A stretch of 5,640 nt of DNA, taken from the IMG/VR virus record IMGVR_UViG_3300045988_004629, positions 1 to 5,640 of that record; one strand, 5' to 3'. A program made the position numbers and the translations under genes. Numbering within the stretch: the first letter of the stretch is position 1; each line of letters begins with the position of its first letter. The notes beneath the pieces were generated by a model. It saw only the letters and a program-made list of their open reading frames with translations, ran no database searches and was not told the DNA's origin. Origin of the DNA: a virus. Shown one piece after another: positions 1-4,429 of the stretch.

Positions 1-55
1 CCACGCCTCTTGGTAGCCAAATGCCTGTTCATCTGTGCTCGTACCAGTGAGATAC
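1..55. repeat. Terminal direct repeat, copy 1 (identical to 5586..5640); end overlap of a circular genome assembly
   Basis: Bases 1-55 (ccacgcctcttggtagccaaatgcc...ccagtgagatac) recur exactly at 5586-5640. Position x therefore equals x+5585, and the capsid reading frame stays in register across that offset. Confidence 0.95.
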
Positions 56-1389
56 AGCTCCTTTTTGAGAATTGCTTGTTCTCCCAGATTTGCGAAGACC
101 GGGTAATAGAAATCCAGATTGGTTTTCCGGCTCCACATCCGCTCGAGTCCCTGCTGGTAGGTATGGTCGTGCCGGATGCAGCACACACCGATAACATAGC
201 CGTGTTCTTCAAAACTCTTGGTGAACATGCTGCCGTTGTACGGCGTAACGGACACTGCTGCCGTGTTGCCCTGCGGACTCTCTGCAGTCGTGCCGCTGGT
301 CTGGATGACCTGACTCATGTTTATGGTGATACGCGTGCCGCCCAGATATTCCGGAATCTGCACAGTTTTGTCCGATATTTTGGTGTGGAACAAACTGTAG
401 ATCATCTCGCGGTAGCGGCTGCCTCCGCGTGCCAGCTCTTCGTAGTACTTCTGTACCTGGAATGCCTGTCTCAGCTGGTTGATGGTTGCCGCGGTTAACT
501 GGTCGAGTCTCGCGCCGAGGTATGCCGTTCCTGTCGGTGTGTTTCCTACTACACCCATCAGTGCCGGGTAGCTTTCTAAGCTGCTGATTCCACCCTGAGG
601 ATATTTCCCATCTTCGGGAGTTTCGCGGTTTACTTTGGGGTATGCCAGCACCGGTGCGTTTCCGCTTAGCGGGATCCTTACAGGTTTTCCCGCTTTCTGA
701 GGGGATGGCAAAGCCGATGTGAAGTAGTCGTGGTACTTATTCACCGGCAGCGGTCTGCCGCCTGTGTATGCGTTCTGGAGAATATATTCCAAGTCCGGCG
801 TTGCCGCGTCCATGCCCTTAGTCTCGTCGTCCGTATAGTTTACGGTTGCGTCTTCGGTGCTGTTGATAGCCGGATTGTCTACGTTCTGGTCTCGGAACCA
901 CTCTTGCCAAATCATAGCGTATGCCCTGAACGGCAGCGCATTGACTGTGAATGTGGTTTCTTCGCTATTGCTTACCTTGGTCGGGATGCCCATATAGTCC
1001 ATGATGCTTCCTTCGTAAGGCGCCGGCTTGTCGGCTGTGCCAGTTACTTTGACCTGCGGAATTGTGTACTCCTGAGTCTGTGCCCACGGCCCCGTATCGT
1101 TTTCGCCCATAAATCGCTTAAAATGGTCCCAGAGGATGCGGCAAGGTACGTTGAAGTAGTAAATATCCATGTGGCAGTTGTCCATAACCGGGAAGATAGG
1201 CGTTGTCATACGGATAATTGCTGCCTGGTCGACGCTGAAAGTATCGCCCGGAAGTACTTCATCCACATAAAAAGGGATGAGTTGTCCTGCGTTCATTGTT
1301 AACTTGACGTCTTGCCTCCGCTTGAACCGACTTCGCGTGATGTCCAGGCGCGGTACCTGGTTAAATCCTGCGTCTTTGTTTCTGTTCAT
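1..1389 (-). CDS. VP1: Major capsid protein VP1 (Microviridae), N-terminal 463 codons; continues across the circular junction into 5585..5322
   Basis: ATG at 1389..1387. I checked every in-register triplet from 1 to 1389 and found no tta/cta/tca, so the minus frame is open to the window edge. That is probably why the ORF track omits it. The N-terminus MNRNKDAGFNQVPRLDITRSRFKRRQDVKLTMNAGQLIPFYVDEVLPGDTFSVD matches the canonical Microviridae capsid N-terminus. GGAG lies 8 nt upstream, and there is an ATGA overlap with the VP3 stop. Confidence 0.93.
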   Translation of the reverse strand, partial: MNRNKDAGFNQVPRLDITRSRFKRRQDVKLTMNAGQLIPFYVDEVLPGDTFSVDQAAIIRMTTPIFPVMDNCHMDIYYFNVPCRILWDHFKRFMGENDTGPWAQTQEYTIPQVKVTGTADKPAPYEGSIMDYMGIPTKVSNSEETTFTVNALPFRAYAMIWQEWFRDQNVDNPAINSTEDATVNYTDDETKGMDAATPDLEYILQNAYTGGRPLPVNKYHDYFTSALPSPQKAGKPVRIPLSGNAPVLAYPKVNRETPEDGKYPQGGISSLESYPALMGVVGNTPTGTAYLGARLDQLTAATINQLRQAFQVQKYYEELARGGSRYREMIYSLFHTKISDKTVQIPEYLGGTRITINMSQVIQTSGTTAESPQGNTAAVSVTPYNGSMFTKSFEEHGYVIGVCCIRHDHTYQQGLERMWSRKTNLDFYYPVFANLGEQAILKKELYLTGTSTDEQAFGYQEAW

Positions 1390-1880
1390 TCTTTGGTCTC
1401 CGTTGCTTCGGCTTCTTTGGTTTCGTTGGTTTCGGTCTGCTTTTCCTGATAGATGCCCAGATTTTTGGCCCATTCGACTGTGCCGAACGATGCAATAAAT
1501 TTATCGACATCGTTATCAAATTTGAGCTTAATGTCTTTCGGCACCTCTTCCCAAATCTGTTCTGCCCTCAGCATGATGTTTTGCATTTCCGCCAGCGTCT
1601 GCGGAGCCTCGGTGTAGTCTTGGATGCCGCCCCCGATGTTCGGCGCGATTCGTGCGGCAATGTCCGGGTCGATGCTTGCTCGCCGGATGATGTTTTCCAG
1701 CTTGGTCTCTTCCAGGTAGGAATCGATTTCCATCTGTTGGTCAATGATCTGGTCGAGTCTCAGCACCTTTTCGCCTTTTTCGTTGCGCTCCCAGAGGTAT
1801 GTGCGTCTTACGCTTTCCCCGGCTTCGGTTGTTTTTGCTGTTGCGTTTTCTCGCCAGTTACTTACACAGCGATACGCCAT
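1386..1880 (-). CDS. VP3: Internal scaffolding protein VP3 (gokushovirus type), 164 aa from ATG 1880
   Basis: The track ORF 1386..1907 begins at a TTG. The in-frame ATG at 1880..1878 is preceded by AAAGGAGA about 10 nt upstream, so I prefer it. The segment DYTEAPQTLAEMQNIMLRAEQIWEEVPKDIKLKFDNDVDKFIASF resembles the conserved VP3 scaffold core as I recall it. The C-terminal tail is acidic. The TGA stop overlaps the VP1 ATG (ATGA). Confidence 0.8.
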   Translation of the reverse strand: MAYRCVSNWRENATAKTTEAGESVRRTYLWERNEKGEKVLRLDQIIDQQMEIDSYLEETKLENIIRRASIDPDIAARIAPNIGGGIQDYTEAPQTLAEMQNIMLRAEQIWEEVPKDIKLKFDNDVDKFIASFGTVEWAKNLGIYQEKQTETNETKEAEATETKE

Positions 1881-2100
1881 CGAAGATGTTCTCCTTTTCG
1901 TTTTCAAACAGGCCGGTCTTTTCGTCGAATTTCGCCAACTTTACCAGCCTGTAATCGCTCGGCGATTTGCTCATGATGTTGCGTTCGTCGGTGAGCGCAA
2001 TTTTGAAATTGCGCTCTGCCACTTTGTCTTCTCGCTCGGTGAAAATGGTGATGTAGCCCATCACGCAGTTGTCGAAGATGCCGTACACATTGTTGTTCAC
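1858..2100 (-). CDS. VP5: VP5/ORF5-like small non-structural protein, 80 aa, GTG start
   Basis: GTG at 2100..2098 is preceded by GAGGGGG 9 nt upstream and overlaps the stop of the upstream basic ORF (GTGA). The pattern VYGIFD...F.....D.VAERNF........SPSDYRLVKLAKFDEKTG matches my recollection of gokushovirus VP5 proteins. The 3' end overlaps VP3 by 23 nt. Confidence 0.6.
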   Translation of the reverse strand: MNNNVYGIFDNCVMGYITIFTEREDKVAERNFKIALTDERNIMSKSPSDYRLVKLAKFDEKTGLFENEKENIFDGVSLCK

Positions 2101-2216
2101 AGTCTGATGCCCCCTCTCATGGCGCCGCCGCTCAGGTTGATTGCCTTGGTCTTTCGTGCGGTCTTGTTGTAGATTTTTGCGTCTTTGGACTTGCGGACTT
2201 TGCTCCTTTTACCCAA
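2097..2216 (-). CDS. Small basic DNA-binding/packaging protein (phiX J-like, gokushovirus ORF8/VP8-like), 39 aa, TTG start; not in the supplied ORF track
   Basis: Hand translation gives (TTG)M-GKRSKVRKSKDAKIYNKTARKTKAINLSGGAMRGGIRL, ending at TGA 2099..2097. It has 13 K/R and one acidic residue. The tail MRGGIRL resembles the RGG-x-R-hydrophobic tails I recall for chlamydiaphage and SpV4 ORF8 proteins. GGGGGT lies 9 nt upstream of the TTG. The position immediately before VP5/VP3/VP1 fits. The frame is open back to 2255 but has no ATG or GTG, so the start is uncertain. Confidence 0.6.
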   Translation of the reverse strand: MGKRSKVRKSKDAKIYNKTARKTKAINLSGGAMRGGIRL

Positions 2217-2287
2217 CTTCTTCGTACCCCCGCTCTTTAATATTTTTCTCGATTATGTATACTTCCTCGCAGTAGTTTATCAGATAG

Positions 2288-2509
2288 CTACTCTTCAGCG
2301 CCTCTGCTGATTTCTCTTCTGATTTGCTCCGTTTCGATGTCGTTCGCGAAAGCCTTCTTTCTAAATGCCATGTTGATGTAAAACTTTGCGTCTTCGATTG
2401 TGGCCGCTTGCTGGCTTAGCTTGTAGGCATTCTTGATTTCCTTGTAAGTTCTGGCGAGTATCGCCGCTAGTGTCGCGTCGGTCTGGTCTCTTACATTCCA
2501 AGTTTTCAC
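2288..2509 (-). CDS. Hypothetical protein, 73 aa, GTG start
   Basis: AAGGAG lies 8 nt upstream of GTG 2509..2507. The protein is MKTWNVRDQTDATLAAILARTYKEIKNAYKLSQQAATIEDAKFYINMAFRKKAFANDIETEQIRREISRGAEE. It looks helical by composition, has no hydrophobic segment, and contains no motif I recognise. Confidence 0.6.
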   Translation of the reverse strand: MKTWNVRDQTDATLAAILARTYKEIKNAYKLSQQAATIEDAKFYINMAFRKKAFANDIETEQIRREISRGAEE

Positions 2510-2514
2510 TTTGG

Positions 2515-2622
2515 TTACTCCTTGGGCTTTTCGTTGCCCTCTACTGCGTGATAAATCTTGTCCAGCATAGCCAAGATTTTTCGGATGTTGTTAAACAGCG
2601 CGTTGATTTCTTGGAGAGTCAG
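2515..2622 (-). CDS. Possible 35-aa ORF with a near-cognate CTG start; not in the ORF track
   Basis: A near-consensus SD, GAAAGAGGTGAAC (2639..2627), has its GAGG 9 nt before CTG 2622..2620. The peptide is (M)TLQEINALFNNIRKILAMLDKIYHAVEGNEKPKE. Its TAA stop (2517..2515) sits immediately after the AAGGAG used by the next gene, which is a coupling geometry. The only in-frame ATG would give 17 aa and has no SD. Confidence 0.3.
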   Translation of the reverse strand: MTLQEINALFNNIRKILAMLDKIYHAVEGNEKPKE

Positions 2623-2701
2623 AGCGGTTCACCTCTTTCGTAAAGTTATTCTTTTATAAATGGCGTTTGTAAAATAGCACTTGTGTGCTGTTTAACCTTG
2701 G

Positions 2702-2881
2702 TTACTGTTCTATCCAGTTTTTCGGGTCGAGTGCTGCCGTTGTCCCTAGCAGCTTGATTTTAATGCGGTACGTTTTGTTTTCGTCTGCTTTGTACCAGTA
2801 TCTGTATCTTCGGGTGTCATAAGTTCCGGTCATTTCCAGTTCTTCCAGCGCTTCATCGCTCAGGCGGCTAATTGTTTTCAT
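2702..2881 (-). CDS. Hypothetical protein, 59 aa; first gene after the intergenic region; not in the ORF track
   Basis: ATG 2881..2879 is preceded by GAGGTG, with 4 nt between the end of GAGGTG and the ATG. Hand translation gives MKTISRLSDEALEELEMTGTYDTRRYRYWYKADENKTYRIKIKLLGTTAALDPKNWIEQ, ending at TAA 2704..2702. I recognise no family. Confidence 0.6.
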   Translation of the reverse strand: MKTISRLSDEALEELEMTGTYDTRRYRYWYKADENKTYRIKIKLLGTTAALDPKNWIEQ

Positions 2882-2914
2882 GCTGCACCTCGTTTTTTGT
2901 TTATGGTTTTCTTC

Positions 2915-2936
2915 GTTGTAAGCTAACGCTTACAAC
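2915..2936. other. Perfect 9-bp hairpin (GTTGTAAGC-taac-GCTTACAAC) in the leader of the 59-aa ORF
   Basis: 2915-2923 is the exact reverse complement of 2928-2936. The hairpin lies just downstream of the candidate minus-strand -10 element, so it would sit at or near the 5' end of that transcript. Confidence 0.6.
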
Positions 2937-2939
2937 ATA

Positions 2940-2967
2940 ATTTTAGTCCTTTGTTTATTTTTGTCGA
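2940..2967 (-). promoter_or_regulatory. Candidate sigma70-type promoter for the minus-strand gene array
   Basis: On the minus strand: TCGACA (2967..2962), a 16-nt spacer, then TAAAAT (2945..2940). Each hexamer matches the consensus at 5 of 6 positions. It lies about 60 nt upstream of the first ORF. This is a motif match only. Confidence 0.4.
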
Positions 2968-2998
2968 CACCATTTTGTAATTTGTAATAAAATTGTAA

Positions 2999-3044
2999 CC
3001 TCCCCAAAGATGGCAATGCGTAAGCGTTGCCGGCTTTGGAGAGG
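2999..3044. other. Compound 46-nt hairpin: 11-position outer stem, 2x2 internal loop, 8-bp inner stem, GTAA loop
   Basis: Outer stem: 2999-3009 cctccccaaag pairs with 3034-3044 ctttggagagg, with one C/A (plus strand) or G/T (minus strand) position at 3003/3040. Inner stem: 3012-3019 ggcaatgc pairs with 3024-3031 gcgttgcc, with one T/G (plus) or A/C (minus) position. The loop is 3020-3023. Confidence 0.6.
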
Positions 3045-3048
3045 TTTG

Positions 3049-3078
3049 CCCGCCGCAGGCGCGGTTTTCTTGTGTTTT
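3049..3078 (+). terminator. Possible plus-strand intrinsic terminator (GC hairpin followed by a T-run)
   Basis: cccgcc (3049-3054), loop gca, then ggcg(c)gg (3058-3064): six G-C pairs with one bulge. This is followed by ttttcttgtgtttt. It is oriented against all the genes, and the stem is short. Confidence 0.25.
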
Positions 3079-3102
3079 CAACACTTTCAACACTTTCAAC
3101 AG
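3076..3102. repeat. Three tandem 9-bp iterons, TTTCAACAC / TTTCAACAC / TTTCAACAG
   Basis: Read directly: 3076-3084, 3085-3093 and 3094-3102. Confidence 0.9.
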
Positions 3103-3118
3103 GTTTTCCACAAAAAGT

Positions 3119-3138
3119 TGCACAAATGGTTTTGTGCA
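3119..3138. other. 8-bp hairpin (TGCACAAA-tggt-TTTGTGCA) between iteron clusters
   Basis: 3119-3126 is the exact reverse complement of 3131-3138. Confidence 0.6.
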
Positions 3139-3159
3139 TATTGCTACACTTTCAACAAT

Positions 3160-3243
3160 TCAACAAGTTATCCACAAAAGTATCAACATCAAAATTAACC
3201 AAAAAATATCGTTCCACGGATAAAAATTCATAGTATTCAACAT
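3160..3243 (-). CDS. Speculative 27-aa hydrophobic micro-ORF inside the intergenic region
   Basis: ATG 3243..3241 is preceded by AGGTGGTG, which matches AGGAGGTG at 7 of 8 positions, with the spacer TTGAG. The peptide is MLNTMNFYPWNDIFWLILMLILLWITC, ending at TGA 3162..3160. The minus strand is T-rich here, and T-rich sequence yields hydrophobic codons by default, so this could be chance. Confidence 0.2.
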   Translation of the reverse strand: MLNTMNFYPWNDIFWLILMLILLWITC

Positions 3244-3254
3244 CTCAACACCAC

Positions 3255-3299
3255 CTACTACTACGACTACAACAAGTAAATAATAAATAATAATAAAAT
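3255..3299. repeat. Low-complexity tract: triplet-periodic CTACTACTACGACTAC followed by a 23-nt pure A/T run
   Basis: 3255-3270 reads cta cta cta cga cta c. 3277-3299, taaataataaataataataaaat, contains no G or C. The tract directly abuts the GC-rich element at 3300. Confidence 0.8.
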
Positions 3300-3339
3300 C
3301 ATGCGCGTGCGTGCGCAATTATGTGCGCGCGCGTGCATG
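3300..3339. repeat. Alternating purine-pyrimidine GC-rich inverted repeat (18-position stem, ATTA loop)
   Basis: 3300-3317 catgcgcgtgcgtgcgca pairs with 3322-3339 tgtgcgcgcgcgtgcatg, giving 14 Watson-Crick pairs plus 4 G/T positions on the plus strand. Uninterrupted Pu-Py alternation runs over 3301-3317 and 3321-3340. GCGCGTGC is also directly repeated at 3303 and 3329. Confidence 0.8.
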
Positions 3340-3343
3340 TCAG

Positions 3344-3397
3344 TATAAGATAAAATACTCCGCCAAGTAGCTTTACTTGATAGTTACTTGGCGGAGT
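3344..3397 (-). terminator. Intrinsic terminator downstream of VP4 (13-bp perfect stem followed by a T-rich tail)
   Basis: 3357-3369 actccgccaagta is the exact reverse complement of 3385-3397 tacttggcggagt, with a 15-nt loop. On the minus strand the stem is followed by ATTTTATCTTATAC. It begins 12 nt after the VP4 stop. Confidence 0.65.
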
Positions 3398-3409
3398 GAC
3401 ACCAAAGTG

Positions 3410-4429
3410 TTAGAACACACCTTTGGCTTTACTCATTTTTTTGGACATGGATGCTTCTTTGTCTTTTAGCTGCTCTGCGTATGGTTTGTCGGTTTCCGCG
3501 TTTCTCTCGATTAATGATGCTATGGCTTTTTCCTGCCGATACTTCTTGATTCTCCATGCTTTTTCAGGGTTTTCGGCTTCCAGTTTTCGCCAGTAGTATT
3601 CCGGGATCGCCGCTCTTTTGCCGTTGGTAAGCTGTATGTATCCCTGCTGCCAGAGTCGTTCTTGATTCCTCTGGAACCATTTGTCCCCGAGTCCTGGCTT
3701 CCGGCTCATTGTGCAAAATGGTGGTATTAAACCCATTTTCTGGTAACGCCCTTTGTCGTTGCCGTACAGTTTTTTTGTTACATACCCTGCAACATAATTA
3801 TATGTCTCTGGTGTTGCTTGTGCGATGTCAACTGTGCCTTGTCCCCAGATTTTGACTAGCTTATCACTTGTGTAATGGCCGTGTCTTGACAGCTTGTGTA
3901 TTGGTTTTAAGTCGTCAGGATGCCACCCGTATAGTATCATGTGATAGTGTGGTCTTGCTGTGTTGTCTCCATACTCACCCGCTAAAAAGTATCTCAGAGG
4001 CTCTTCGGCGGCTTTTCTGAGCCTTTTAATAAATAGCTGTGTATCCTCTACGCTTAGTGTTTGCGCCGTTCTTGGACGCTCTGAGGTGCCTCTCCAGACG
4101 TTTACACCGCCTTTGTAGATTTCGCCTGTTACTGTGTCCTGTGTCGGTACATGATCATCGTCATAAGTCAGTGTAATAAACCAGACGCTTTCTTTGTCGT
4201 GTCCGTATGCTTCCAGCTCCATCCGCGTTGCCCAGTCTTTGCGTTTGCGTAGTCTGCACCCGGTACATTGTCCACATGGTATCAACATTACATTTTTGCG
4301 GTACATTAAACTTTCGTATGTCATCTTGGTCTTGTGTATCTTGTTAAAAGAAGCGAGTGAGTACACTCGCCCACTCGCCTCTCTGTCATGAGGTACATAA
4401 AACCGGATTAACGGTTTATTACATCCCAT
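3410..4429 (-). CDS. VP4: Replication initiation protein VP4 (HUH rolling-circle endonuclease, phiX gpA-like), 339 aa
   Basis: N-terminal MGCNKPL and CGQCTGCRLRKRKDWATR; motif 1 FITLTYDD; HUH motif PHYHMILYG; two-tyrosine motif YVAGYVTKK. GGAGGG lies 13 nt upstream. The ATG overlaps the VP2 stop (TAATG). Confidence 0.92.
   Translation of the reverse strand: MGCNKPLIRFYVPHDREASGRVYSLASFNKIHKTKMTYESLMYRKNVMLIPCGQCTGCRLRKRKDWATRMELEAYGHDKESVWFITLTYDDDHVPTQDTVTGEIYKGGVNVWRGTSERPRTAQTLSVEDTQLFIKRLRKAAEEPLRYFLAGEYGDNTARPHYHMILYGWHPDDLKPIHKLSRHGHYTSDKLVKIWGQGTVDIAQATPETYNYVAGYVTKKLYGNDKGRYQKMGLIPPFCTMSRKPGLGDKWFQRNQERLWQQGYIQLTNGKRAAIPEYYWRKLEAENPEKAWRIKKYRQEKAIASLIERNAETDKPYAEQLKDKEASMSKKMSKAKGVF

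Larger units (their letters stand above)
3076..3250. repeat. Dispersed iteron field: eight same-orientation TCAACA copies plus two or three TCCACAAAA(A)GT motifs
   Basis: TCAACA starts at 3078, 3087, 3096, 3152, 3160, 3183, 3237 and 3245. The 11-mer CACTTTCAACA occurs at 3082, 3091 and 3147. TCCACAAAAAGT is at 3107-3118, TCCACAAAAGT at 3171-3181, and a partial TCCAC at 3213. CAACAAGT(T/A)A occurs at 3161 and 3270. Confidence 0.85.

Noticed and set aside
1881-1907. TTG at 1907 as the VP3 start, as drawn in the ORF track
   Set aside because: The in-frame ATG at 1880 has a proper AAAGGAGA upstream, and that SD lies inside the proposed N-terminal extension. The extension would also lengthen the overlap with VP5.
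10-2172. Plus-strand ORFs 10..498, 730..1302, 1277..1498, 1581..1976 and 1744..2172 (73-190 aa)
   Set aside because: All lie antisense to well-supported VP1, VP3 and VP5 genes. Several start at GTG with no SD, and their products are Cys/Arg/Val-rich low-complexity sequences with no recognisable motifs. These are typical shadow ORFs. Microviridae are not known to encode genes on the complementary strand.
2671-2696. Short hairpin (AGCAC-n4-GTGCT) followed by ATTTT, and a TATAAA box, between the 59-aa ORF and the 35-aa candidate
   Set aside because: The stem is only 5 bp with a weak extension, and there is no acceptable -35 at 16-18 nt. This is not enough to call a terminator or promoter.
3076-3102. 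Tandem 9-mers as a CRISPR-like or minisatellite array
   Set aside because: The units are only 9 bp, contiguous, and have no spacers. This is an iteron-type repeat, not CRISPR.
2923-3233. Four mutually overlapping ORFs in the intergenic region: 2923..3123 (-), 2930..3139 (-), 3010..3198 (+) and 3027..3233 (+)
   Set aside because: Four of six frames are open over the same stretch because the 9-bp (multiple of three) tandem repeats confine potential stops to a single frame. The products simply spell out the repeats (VESVESVEN, FQHFQHFQ, LKVLKVLK). The best candidate, ATG 3139 (69 aa, coding strand), has its start buried in the 3119-3138 hairpin, lacks a convincing SD, and would run through the compound hairpin and the predicted promoter. 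I cannot fully exclude it.
3267-3338. 23-codon ORF (MHARAHNCARTRMILLLFIIYLL) on the coding strand
   Set aside because: There is no SD, the start lies inside the GC hairpin, and the hydrophobic tail simply translates the pure A/T tract.
3311-3350. Possible XerC/XerD dif-like attachment site, because GTGCGCA resembles the XerC arm of dif and some gokushoviruses integrate at dif
   Set aside because: Beyond GTGCGCA, the sequence does not match the remaining XerC arm, central region or XerD arm (TTATGTTAAAT) on either strand, as I recall the E. coli dif sequence.
2882-3409. A tRNA or other known structured RNA gene in the intergenic region
   Set aside because: I could find no cloverleaf arrangement, no T-loop GTTCRANNC motif and no acceptor-stem pairing. 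The hairpins are independent stem-loops.
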